Shown here: one piece after another, positions 29,983 through 40,316 of the stretch
Layout: each line of letters starts with the position of its first letter
Numbering within the stretch: position 1 is the stretch's first letter
Assembly: GCA_045863235.1 (NCBI GenBank)
Contig: BTUM01000008.1
Location: forward strand, 1 to 64,000
DNA: 64,000 bases
Direction of reading: 5' to 3'
Origin: Candidatus Xenobia bacterium
GTDB taxonomy: Bacteria; Vulcanimicrobiota; Xenobia; Xenobiales; QWHO01
Translations under genes and position numbers: made by a program
Notes under the pieces: generated by a model
The model's database searches: none
Told to the model about the DNA's origin: nothing
The model's input: the letters and a program-made list of their open reading frames with translations, nothing else

Positions 29983-32090
29983 GGTGCCCCATTCTGAACG
30001 GGTTGCCGGGCTCTCGTCAAGGGCAGGTCGTAGACCGAGCCGTTGCTGACCAGCTCGGTCTCCCCCATCTGAAAGCGCACCTGGGGGGTATCGGTCCAGA
30101 AGACCGCCCGCCCATCCTCAATCATGAGCTCGAAACAGCCGTTCATCTGGAACAGGCTCAGGAGCGGCCGGCCATTCCAGTTGACGCGGGTCGGGGTAGG
30201 ACTGGGCGCGCCTCGGGTCAGCACCGGAGCCGTGCCGTTGTGCTCCAGCATCAGGGGGGCCGGGCCGCCCTGCACGGGGATGAGCGACTGGCCGGTATTC
30301 TCGGCCACCGAGACGAACTTGATCAGGAAACGCTGCGAGCTCTCCAGCGGCTCGTCGTCCAGCGAGATGGCCAGCACAGCCCCCACCGGCGAGGTGCCGG
30401 CATACTCCAGAGGACCCACCTGGGCCGTGTCGGGCAGCTCGCCAGCCAGCGCCACCAACCGGGGAGCCTGGATGCGAAGCAGACCCTGGCTTGTGCGTCG
30501 CTCGATCTGGCCGGTCGAGCTGGTATAAGTGCCGGCCGCAAAGAGCGGGCCCAGGGCCGCCTCGGGGCTTTTGCCCCCGGCGGTCAGCACCACCTCGGTG
30601 TCGCCCGAGGGTTCCAGGCGTGTGAGGGTGCGCAGCGCGTAGGCAACCCGGGCCGATTCCGGACCGACCGGGTAGATCAGCTCGGCCAGGTCCTCGCCCA
30701 CCTCCACGTCCTGGCGCAGAAATGCCAGGCCCGCCGCGGAAAACAGGCCCCAGACACAGGGGTCGCTCTGGTAACCGAACTCGACCAGCCGGGGAGCGAC
30801 CTCGCCTGTTTTGTAGCTAAAGAGCAGCATACCGTCGTAATCTTGCAGGCAAGCGTAAGCCAGCGCCTCGGGCATACTGGCGGCCCGATAAGTATTGGGC
30901 CAGACCCAGCCCCACTCGCGGATCACCACCGGCTTATCGGGCCAGCGCAAGGTTGCGGTATAGGGCGCGAAGCCAAAGCGACCCGGGTCGCGCAGAGTAT
31001 TGGTGTTCTGGTAGAAGAACTTGCCCTGCCAATCCGGTCCCGAAAAGGCGGGATGGTCGACATAGTGGTTCTCGGAGACGAAATCCATCTCCGCCGCCAC
31101 CGAGTAGACGTCAGGCGGGATGTCGGCCGAGACGACGGCGGTGATGGGCACCTTGACCCCGATGCGACGCAAATGGCCTTTCATGGTCTTGAAATAATCC
31201 CGCTGCACGGCCACGAAGAAGTCCACTCCGTCCTGCTGACGGGGAGGGGGATCGAGGGGTCCGGTGAGATGGGGCAGCGCCACCGTACCGGCGACCGGGT
31301 CCTCCTCGGGCTTGAGGGCGGTTCCCCAGGCGGCCGCCAGGCCGGCCCGGTCCGGGTAGCGGGTCAGCAGCCAGGCGTTCCAGCGCTGGCCCAGATTGCT
31401 GCGATAGGGCTCGACGAGCTTGTCGGTGTGGCTTGCGTTGAGGAAAAACCCGCTCTCGTTGCACACTTCCACCAGCGCCATCATGGGGTCGTCCACCGGG
31501 GCGAGGCCGGTATAGGGATTGACGGCGGTGAGAAACTGGCTGGCATACTCTTTCTGCAGCTCGATCAGCCGCTCGTCGAAGCAGGCGTAGGGGCGAGCCG
31601 CGCGAGGCAAAGCCGCGGCGTTGGCCACTCCGTCCTCGGGCGTGAAGGTGCGAAAGTCGATCAGGTCCAGGTAGTAGTGCATCTTCTTCTCGCGCACCCG
31701 CGAGATCCAGTAGTGCAGCGTGAGCAGCCGCTCGAGGTTGAGCCGGCGCGAGCCGGGCACCCCGGGAATGTCGAGCAGGGCTCCCTTGGAATCGGTGGCC
31801 TCGAAGCGCACCATGTTGACTCCGGCGCGAGCCCAGGCGTCCACCACCCGGTCGATCTCTTGGCGCGGGATCCACAGGTTTCGATTGGCGATGTTGACGC
31901 CCCAAAACTTGGCCCGTGAGCCGTCGGCCCAACGAAACTGCCCGTCCCGCACAGTCAGAAAACCCTTTCTCAGGGGGTTCTGCTCGCGGGTCAGGCTGCC
32001 CAGCTCGCGCACCTGCAGGCTGTCGGGATACTCCTGAGCCGCAGCCAGAGCCACCAGAACCAGCAAGGCGAGAATGACGCGCACAGCCAC
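29979..32090 (-). CDS. secreted glycoside hydrolase (GH-A clan, GH5/GH42-like)
   Basis: Signal peptide; KFWGVN, NMVRF, NPYTGL, EVCNES acid/base, VVIREW nucleophile. Confidence 0.75.
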   Translation of the reverse strand: MAVRVILALLVLVALAAAQEYPDSLQVRELGSLTREQNPLRKGFLTVRDGQFRWADGSRAKFWGVNIANRNLWIPRQEIDRVVDAWARAGVNMVRFEATDSKGALLDIPGVPGSRRLNLERLLTLHYWISRVREKKMHYYLDLIDFRTFTPEDGVANAAALPRAARPYACFDERLIELQKEYASQFLTAVNPYTGLAPVDDPMMALVEVCNESGFFLNASHTDKLVEPYRSNLGQRWNAWLLTRYPDRAGLAAAWGTALKPEEDPVAGTVALPHLTGPLDPPPRQQDGVDFFVAVQRDYFKTMKGHLRRIGVKVPITAVVSADIPPDVYSVAAEMDFVSENHYVDHPAFSGPDWQGKFFYQNTNTLRDPGRFGFAPYTATLRWPDKPVVIREWGWVWPNTYRAASMPEALAYACLQDYDGMLLFSYKTGEVAPRLVEFGYQSDPCVWGLFSAAGLAFLRQDVEVGEDLAELIYPVGPESARVAYALRTLTRLEPSGDTEVVLTAGGKSPEAALGPLFAAGTYTSSTGQIERRTSQGLLRIQAPRLVALAGELPDTAQVGPLEYAGTSPVGAVLAISLDDEPLESSQRFLIKFVSVAENTGQSLIPVQGGPAPLMLEHNGTAPVLTRGAPSPTPTRVNWNGRPLLSLFQMNGCFELMIEDGRAVFWTDTPQVRFQMGETELVSNGSVYDLPLTRARQPVQNGAP

Positions 32091-32167
32091 CTGACTCGAG
32101 TTGGCCCGCGGGGCTCGAATTCCTTTCGAGCAGGCTGGGCCCGGTGCCGGTCCGAACCAGAATCGGC

Positions 32168-32908
32168 ATGAGGAAGATGGCGCTGCTCTTGGTGGTTCTC
32201 TGTCTGCAGTTGGCTGCACTGGCCGAGCCAGGTGAGGAGGAGTTTCAGGCCGGGAACGCCTGCATGGAGAAAAAGCAGTATCGCGAGGCCCTGGAGCACT
32301 ATCAGGCCGGGCTCAAGAATGCGCCCGCCGAGCCAGCCCTGCTCTTCAACGGGGGGCTGGCCGCCTATCTGGCCGGCGACGGAGCCACCGCCATCGCCCT
32401 GTGGCAAGAGCTCAAGAAGCTCGAGCCCGAGAACTGGCGCCTCCTGGCCAAGTTGATCCAGGCCTACCAGCTGACCGGCGACCTCAAGGCCCGCGATCAA
32501 GAGCGAGCTGAGCTGATGGCCCTCTGGCGAAAGAACCCCGCCGCCATCCAGCAGAAGAGCTTCTGTCGCGAGCAGTTCCAGGTGGGGGGCGAGTCGGTCA
32601 TGGCCTTCGAAAGCTGGCAGCTCGAGGGGGATCGGGCCGTGCGCTACATCTTCTCGGTGCTGGGCCCGGACGGCCAGGAGAAATACCGCATCTCGCTCGG
32701 CTCCTACGACGCCACCACGCAGTTCGGTCGCGAGTCTGGCGAGCTCGGCCCCAACGAGCGCTACTGGCACCTGGATTACTATGGACCCGGCGAGCACCGC
32801 ACCTATGCCTTCCAGAAGGCGGAGCCGACGTATGACGAGGTGCGCAGGCTGGTGGTGGGGATTCTCGAGGGCACGATCAAACCGATGAGCGGAACCAGGA
32901 AGTCTTAG
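32168..32908 (+). CDS. exported TPR protein
   Basis: Signal peptide then TPR-like helices (EALEHYQAGLKNAP, LLFNGGLAAY). Confidence 0.8.
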   Translation: MRKMALLLVVLCLQLAALAEPGEEEFQAGNACMEKKQYREALEHYQAGLKNAPAEPALLFNGGLAAYLAGDGATAIALWQELKKLEPENWRLLAKLIQAYQLTGDLKARDQERAELMALWRKNPAAIQQKSFCREQFQVGGESVMAFESWQLEGDRAVRYIFSVLGPDGQEKYRISLGSYDATTQFGRESGELGPNERYWHLDYYGPGEHRTYAFQKAEPTYDEVRRLVVGILEGTIKPMSGTRKS

Positions 32909-32949
32909 AAAACCGGCCGCCCGGTATCGGCACTCTGGGACCCGCAGAG

Positions 32950-32985
32950 AAAAAAGGCCCGAGGCGTGCTGCCTCGGGCCTTTTT
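32950..32985. terminator. bidirectional rho-independent terminator
   Basis: AAAAAAGGCCCGAGGC-GTGCT-GCCTCGGGCCTTTTT between convergent genes. Confidence 0.92.
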
Positions 32986-33003
32986 GTGCGGTACAGACCG
33001 GAC

Positions 33004-34665
<1,662 letters not shown>

Positions 34666-34688
34666 GATTTGCTGATTCCTCCGTCTTC

Positions 34689-34991
34689 TTATTCAAAAAT
34701 TCCCAGGACGTCTTTTTCCTGGAGAATCACGTAATCTTCGCCTTCGAGCTTGATCTCGTTGCCCGAGAACTTGCTGTAGAGCACGGTCATGCCAACCGCG
34801 ACTTCCATCTTGGCCAGGCTGCCATCTTTGAGCATCCGGCCCGGGCCAGCGGCCACGACTTTGCCCTTCATGGGCTTCTCCTTGGCGGTGTCCGGCAGGT
34901 AGACGCCGCCGGCAGTCTTCTCGTCCTGAGGGACAGGCTGGACCACCACGCGGTCCGCCAGAGGCTTGATAGTGAGAGTTTTGGTCGCCAC
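34689..34991 (-). CDS. groS: co-chaperonin GroES
   Basis: [33 protein letters not shown]. Confidence 0.98.
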   Translation of the reverse strand: MATKTLTIKPLADRVVVQPVPQDEKTAGGVYLPDTAKEKPMKGKVVAAGPGRMLKDGSLAKMEVAVGMTVLYSKFSGNEIKLEGEDYVILQEKDVLGIFE

Positions 34992-35115
34992 AGGGATTCC
35001 TCCTCGTCATTGGCTCCTCGTCCCGGCTCAGGGTTCAAAGACCCTTCAACCAGGCCGTTCTAATTGGAGACGGCGACAGATTATGGCTTATGGCAGACCT
35101 TTCCTGCCCTGGCGC

Positions 35116-35156
35116 GTTAGAGTTCCGTTTGCGCGCGTGTTAGAGTTCCGTTTGCG
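35116..35156. repeat. 18-bp direct repeat, 23-bp period, upstream of groES
   Basis: GTTAGAGTTCCGTTTGCG at 35116-35133 and 35139-35156. Confidence 0.85.
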
Positions 35157-35997
35157 GAGAGGGAGAGAAGCCTGTACCAGTCTTGGAGGGCTCCTCTGGG
35201 AGTGGCTCGTAAGCGCGGTAGACCTGGATGGGCAGAGAGACCCGCTCCTCGCGCCCCCCGCCCTTTGGGGTGAGGCCGACCCGAAAGCCGTAGTGCACCC
35301 GAAACAGGCTCCACTCGCCCGAGAATGGTGCCGTCTCCTCGATGGGGAACTCGAAGTAGCCGTTAAGGGGCAACTCGGCCTGGGGGGCGGGCTCGATGTC
35401 GTGGCTCTGAACCCACAGCACCTTGCGATAGTCGCTGACCTTGGATTCCTCGATGGCCGCAAACCGAAAGCTGATCCGGTCAGGCAGGTGGGACTCGGAC
35501 TGCTCTCGCTCCAGCACCAGCTCTCCGCGCAGACTCTCGGCCGTGTACAGGTGGGAAGCATGCAGCAGCCCGGTCAGCTTGATTCCGTCGTTCTCAACCA
35601 CCAGCTCGGCACTGGCCGAATCCGGGAAAGGGTCTTCGGGAGGGAGCACGGTCAGGTGCAGCCGGTTGATCTCCTCGAGAATCCGGGGACGAGCCCGCGC
35701 CTTCAAAAAATACTGGCAGCGCAGGTCCCAGCTCGCGTAGCTGGGAGGCGTGCGCTCGGGTAGCTGAAACCGAAAGGGCTCGCGCTGCGTGCGTTCGCCA
35801 GAGGAGGTAAAGGTGTGCACCTGCTCGACCAGCGGCAGCACATAAGAACGAAACAAGTGATTGGCGCCCACGATCTCCTCGCCCTGGAGGGAGACGGTGA
35901 CCTTGACCCCCTTAGGATAATCGGCCAGCTCGACTTCGCCTTCCACCACATCCCCCGGACGCAAAGTCTGCCGCTCGACGTTCAGCTCGAGTTTCAC
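35140..35997 (-). CDS. arrestin-fold / Spo0M-like protein (two beta-sandwich domains)
   Basis: LRPGDVVEGEVEL...PFRFQLPERTPPSY...YFLKARA; second domain FEFPIEETAPFSG; start reassigned to GTG 35997. Confidence 0.7.
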   Translation of the reverse strand: MKLELNVERQTLRPGDVVEGEVELADYPKGVKVTVSLQGEEIVGANHLFRSYVLPLVEQVHTFTSSGERTQREPFRFQLPERTPPSYASWDLRCQYFLKARARPRILEEINRLHLTVLPPEDPFPDSASAELVVENDGIKLTGLLHASHLYTAESLRGELVLEREQSESHLPDRISFRFAAIEESKVSDYRKVLWVQSHDIEPAPQAELPLNGYFEFPIEETAPFSGEWSLFRVHYGFRVGLTPKGGGREERVSLPIQVYRAYEPLPEEPSKTGTGFSPSPQTEL

Positions 35998-36033
35998 CCG
36001 CCCCCCTTCGCGGAGAGCCCTGCACCGCCCCTG

Positions 36034-36066
36034 TTTCAGGGGCTTTTCAGCTGCTGGCGGTATTCT
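36034..36066 (+). promoter_or_regulatory. direct-repeat box plus -10 element
   Basis: TTTCAG-GGGCT-TTTCAG-N10-TATTCT upstream of ORF 36098. Confidence 0.7.
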
Positions 36067-36097
36067 CAAGCCACAACCAGCAGGAAGGAGAGCCCAG

Positions 36098-36577
36098 ATG
36101 TCTCAGTCCCTAGCAGATCGCGAACGGCGCACATACGATGTGCTCTCTGGCAACAAAGGCCAGCGCAAGCAGGGGTTTCAGCAGCAGCGCTTCCTGCGAG
36201 GTTCGGCGGCTCCGCCCAAGAAGGACGAGAAGAAGGCCGAGGAGCCCCCCCGTCGCCACTGGGCCGAGTTACTGGCGACCATCGAATGGGCCGAGCGGGT
36301 GGCCGGCATCTACAATCTTGACCGTGAGCCGGTTGTCGAGCCGGCGGCCGTCGTGGCCGAGATCGAGGAAGAGCGGTGGACCGTGCCCACCCAGTTCAAG
36401 GCTCCGGTTCAGGTCAACGAAGGCCAGAAGCTCGACATGAACAGCATTCTGCTCCACTCCATGACCACCAGCGCTCCCATCAATCAGGCCGAGGCTGCGC
36501 CGGCAAACGGCAACGTGCTCAGTCCCGACCTCCCCATGATGCAACTGCAGATTCTGGCGCTCCGCCCCCGCTTCTAA
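36098..36577 (+). CDS. hypothetical protein
   Basis: AAGGAG RBS, host-like codon usage, promoter box. Confidence 0.75.
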   Translation: MSQSLADRERRTYDVLSGNKGQRKQGFQQQRFLRGSAAPPKKDEKKAEEPPRRHWAELLATIEWAERVAGIYNLDREPVVEPAAVVAEIEEERWTVPTQFKAPVQVNEGQKLDMNSILLHSMTTSAPINQAEAAPANGNVLSPDLPMMQLQILALRPRF

Positions 36578-36694
36578 AGTGCAAGGCCTTAGGTCTTGCA
36601 CTTTACAACGCGCTGGAACGCAGTTCCGGCGCGTTCGTCAGACGAGCACATTCGTCCATCTTCCTCGCGGGAGGCTCATGACCGTTCCGGGACT

Positions 36695-37612
36695 TCAGGT
36701 AGAAGCTCGTGGGTGGACGCGAGTGACCGCCCAGGCCCGAATGGAGGAGTCGTTGTCGCGGACGGCCTGGCGCATGTACGTCTCTCCCTCCAGCTTCTCA
36801 CCCAGCGCGTAGGCCCTCCGCCGAATGGTCGGCTGGTCATGACGCGTGGCCAACTCGAGCACCTGACGCCGGATGGGCGACTGGAGCGAGCCACCAGCCG
36901 ACTCCAGCACGTCCAACAGGCCATGCACCGCGTGAACCGGGTCTTCCCAGTCAGCCAGGCGCTCGAGGCCCATGCGAAGCACTACCGGAGCATCCTCGCC
37001 CTGGGCCACCAAACCCACCAGAGCCGACCGCACAAGCTCTGACGGCGGGGGGGGCACCTGGCTGAACACGGCGGCCACCTCTTCGGGGACTTCCGTTCCC
37101 AGGGCCCACAACAGGACGGAGCGGCGGTCGGCCGGGTGCATCCAGGCAGCGGTCAGCAACTTCTGCAGCAGGGCCGCCCGACCGCGCGGCGAGAGGAGAC
37201 TGCAACTGAGCAATTGCAGAGCCACCGCCACCCGCAGCGGACGGCGCAACTCCTCCAGCGGGAGCAGGGACTCGGCAACCTCCAGAGTCTCGGCTTCCTT
37301 CAAAGCCCCTTCGTCGGGAGGACCGATGGGCAGCCGGGAAACAAAGCTCAACACCACTTCGGCGCGGGCCAGCCCGCTCTTGACCATCCAGCCCAGAGCC
37401 TGGATGCCCCCCGGACCGGGCCCGGCCAGGCGGGCGTAAAGCTCGGCGCGCAAGCCGGGGGCCAGATTGGGCTCAGCGTGCACTTCCTGCACCAGCAGAT
37501 CGGTGAAAATCGGGTTCTGCAGCACACCCTCGCTCAGCTCGTCCTGACCGAAACGGCGCAGGGCCCGCCGCAGCGGGCGCTCTAACTCGCTTCTTGACAA
37601 CAGCTCTTCCAT
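36695..37612 (-). CDS. hypothetical alpha-helical (HEAT-like) protein
   Basis: Leu/Ala-rich helices; C-terminal HEAT-like IRRRAYAL...DNDSSIRAWA. Confidence 0.65.
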   Translation of the reverse strand: MEELLSRSELERPLRRALRRFGQDELSEGVLQNPIFTDLLVQEVHAEPNLAPGLRAELYARLAGPGPGGIQALGWMVKSGLARAEVVLSFVSRLPIGPPDEGALKEAETLEVAESLLPLEELRRPLRVAVALQLLSCSLLSPRGRAALLQKLLTAAWMHPADRRSVLLWALGTEVPEEVAAVFSQVPPPPSELVRSALVGLVAQGEDAPVVLRMGLERLADWEDPVHAVHGLLDVLESAGGSLQSPIRRQVLELATRHDQPTIRRRAYALGEKLEGETYMRQAVRDNDSSIRAWAVTRVHPRAST

Positions 37613-37691
37613 GGCCGTCGGGTATTACACCACCTGAGCGGACCTCCCTGCTACACTCCCGTTTTGACCTGCTCGGAATGAGAACGCGCGG

Positions 37692-37756
37692 GGAGCTACG
37701 TTCTCGCCCCCCCCCCCGCCTCCGCCACCACAAGATGGGGTTTCGGCTGCGCTCCT
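37692..37756. repeat. dispersed intergenic repeat copy B
   Basis: GGAGCTACGTTCTCG...TCCGC...TTTCGGCTGCGCTCCT, similar to 12866-12933. Confidence 0.5.
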
Positions 37757-37773
37757 ACTCAGGAGACGCCCGG

Positions 37774-38661
37774 TCAGCGCAAGATCTTCTGGGCTTTCTT
37801 GAGGGCGTTCTTCTCGTTGATGTAGGAAAGCTTGCGATAGGCCTCGCTGATCTCGAACCAGGCCACCTCGTCTGCCTCACCGTCCCGCGGCGTGGCGTTC
37901 TCCTCGACGAGTTGCATCAGGTAGAAGAAAACGAACTTGTGATAGAGCGTCTGGGTTTCCTTGAGGAAGAAGTAGTATTCGATCTCGTGCAGCTTGTCGA
38001 TCGCCTGAGTGCGATGGCCAGTCTCCTCGAGTATCTCGCGCTCGGCCGTTTGCTCGTAAGTCTCTCCCTTGTCCACCCGGCCTTTGGGCAGGGCCCAGAT
38101 CCGTCCTCCTCGCTTGGAGACAAGACAGACCTTGTATTTGTTCTTCTCGCGCTTGAAGACCACGCCGCCGGCGGACATTTGCAGCGCCTCGGGTGTAGCC
38201 GTGGCCGACTGGGCGCCCTCGGAGCCAAACCGGACCGGCCCTCCCAGGAAGTTAGAAAACTGTCCGGGGCTGCTGGCCAGCGCCTGTTGGGCCAGTTGAC
38301 TGGCCGGGTGGTCAGGGAAAATCGGCTCGAAGCGAAACTCAAAGGCGAGCTCGCGCAGTTGCTTGCGAGCCCGAGAGAGTCCCTCGGCCAGGGCTCGGTC
38401 GTCCGGGGACGGCTGGGCCTCGAGTAGATGGCCCCGCAGCCACTCAGCCTCGGTGTGAATGATGACCTGCTGAGGTTGGTTTCGATTTACCTCTTCGAGA
38501 CTGCGGATCAGAGCCATCAGTTGGGCCTGCTCGACCGAAGCCGAGCCGGCTCCCTGACTGATGCGGCGCACGGTGAGCTGGTCGCTCTCCAGAGTAATGC
38601 CCATCCCGGCCCGAGGTGGGTCGGCCTGGTGGGCCGTCGCAATGGTTACAACCAGCTTCAT
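37774..38661 (-). CDS. RNase H-like (degenerate) domain fused to Nudix hydrolase
   Basis: Nudix box GRVDKGETYEQTAEREILEETG; N-terminus follows RNase HI pattern (PPRAGMG, AQLMALIRSL, VIIHTEAE, ASQLAQQAL). Confidence 0.8.
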   Translation of the reverse strand: MKLVVTIATAHQADPPRAGMGITLESDQLTVRRISQGAGSASVEQAQLMALIRSLEEVNRNQPQQVIIHTEAEWLRGHLLEAQPSPDDRALAEGLSRARKQLRELAFEFRFEPIFPDHPASQLAQQALASSPGQFSNFLGGPVRFGSEGAQSATATPEALQMSAGGVVFKREKNKYKVCLVSKRGGRIWALPKGRVDKGETYEQTAEREILEETGHRTQAIDKLHEIEYYFFLKETQTLYHKFVFFYLMQLVEENATPRDGEADEVAWFEISEAYRKLSYINEKNALKKAQKILR

Positions 38662-40136
38662 TCGGGCCCGAAGTTGAAGTCCTCGGGCTCTTGCTTCTCG
38701 AGCTTGACGTCGCGGGCCAGCGTGAGGTCGAAGAAAACCCAGGCCCGGGTGTCGAGGTCTCCACGGGCGGCCGTTCTCCAACTGGAGATGCCCGGATAGA
38801 CTTTGATCGTCTGACTTCCAAATCTCTGCTCGAGATCGGCCGCAAATTGGCGGAGCAGATTGCGGATGATCCAGGGATTGAACTCGTACATCATGGGCAC
38901 CACGAAGTCGACCTTCCAGCCCATCCAGTCCTGACAGCAAAAGTCATAACCCGACAGTCGAAAGCGACCATTGTCGCGATCTCGATAATAGAGGGGGAGA
39001 ACCGCTGCCGACAGGGCCCGGTGAGGCCCCAGCATCGGTCGCAAATCGTCCACCAGGAGTCGCAAGCTCTCCTCGCGGCGACGAAGAATTTCGTGACAGC
39101 GCGCATACTGCTCACGCAGGGTGGGGTTGGAGGCTTCATAGTAATTGTAAGCCCCGTCGCGGATGCCAAGCCACTCGGGCAAGCCCTGCCCGTCCACCGG
39201 AAAGCGGACGTGGTCCATGTGCAGCCCAGCCACCCCCGGATGGCCCTGAATGATGCCTGCAAGGGCGCCCTTCAAGCGCTTGCGCACCTGCTCCGACTCC
39301 GGATTGACATAGATGGGGCGAAGCAGCTTGCGGCGAGGAGCGGGGAAGGGGTCTTCCTGGGGGCCGATCAGAAGAAAATCAGGTGGATGGGCCCCAGCCC
39401 GCATGGCCTGACGGAGAACGGTTCCCAAAGGGCTTCCCTGATCGTTCACCCCGTGACGGGCCAGGATGGCGGAGATGTCCCGGGCCTCGGAACTGGTCTC
39501 AAACAGCCTGGCAGTCTCGCGCATGATGGCCACGGTATCGGGGGCCGCGCCCGGCCGTCCGTCCAAACGGGCCGCCTCGCGTCGCAAATAATCAGACATC
39601 AGCTCGTTCCACAGGCTGGGACCGCTGTGCCACGGCAGCATGGCCGTGGTGTTGTCCATCTTCCAGTAGAACATGTGGCACCAGGCGTGCACCTCGATGC
39701 CCTGATTGCGGCCTTCCTGAATGAAGATCTGCAAGGTGTCGATCACCTCGTCTCCTTCGGTTCGGAAGTTCCAGCTCAGATGGGGGTAGACCGGAACCCC
39801 GGCCTCACCCGGTTTGTAAGGCACCACGCGGGCGGTGTGGTTCTTGATCTCCACTGCGGGGCAGATTGAGTAGCCGCGCAGCAAGGTCTCCAGGAAGACG
39901 GACGTGACACCCTGCTTGGCCAGGTGGGCCATCGTCTGGCGGGCCACCCGGCGCACCTCGAACTCGTTGTACTGGCGCGTGCCCGGCAAGAGCCAGTCGG
40001 GAGAGAGCCAGACGCCAACCATGGGAGGCTCGAGCTCATAGCTGTCCTGGGCCCACAGGGGGGCGATCAAACAGAGCCAAAGAATCGAAAGAATCAGGAA
40101 CGCATTCCGCAGCGCCATCAAGCGACTTCTCCGCAC
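38658..40136 (-). CDS. exported GHL10/DUF187-like glycoside hydrolase
   Basis: Signal peptide; MVGVWL, GIEVHAW, YVNPESEQVR, GLHMDHVRFP, QDWMGW, DFVVPMMY. Confidence 0.8.
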   Translation of the reverse strand: MRRSRLMALRNAFLILSILWLCLIAPLWAQDSYELEPPMVGVWLSPDWLLPGTRQYNEFEVRRVARQTMAHLAKQGVTSVFLETLLRGYSICPAVEIKNHTARVVPYKPGEAGVPVYPHLSWNFRTEGDEVIDTLQIFIQEGRNQGIEVHAWCHMFYWKMDNTTAMLPWHSGPSLWNELMSDYLRREAARLDGRPGAAPDTVAIMRETARLFETSSEARDISAILARHGVNDQGSPLGTVLRQAMRAGAHPPDFLLIGPQEDPFPAPRRKLLRPIYVNPESEQVRKRLKGALAGIIQGHPGVAGLHMDHVRFPVDGQGLPEWLGIRDGAYNYYEASNPTLREQYARCHEILRRREESLRLLVDDLRPMLGPHRALSAAVLPLYYRDRDNGRFRLSGYDFCCQDWMGWKVDFVVPMMYEFNPWIIRNLLRQFAADLEQRFGSQTIKVYPGISSWRTAARGDLDTRAWVFFDLTLARDVKLEKQEPEDFNFGPE

Positions 40137-40316
40137 GAATCTTGAGTGGCCGCCTCGGCCCTGGGCCGCACGACTTTATGAGAATTCAAGCCGGAGCGCT
40201 CAGATCCTCCCCGGAGCGTGGCTGCAGCCAGGGCGTGAGCCCGGGGGCGAAGTCTGACTGTCGTGATGAAGGTTGGGCAGAGCGCGTCCGGCGCAGGGGC
40301 AAGAACGCTCGACAGA

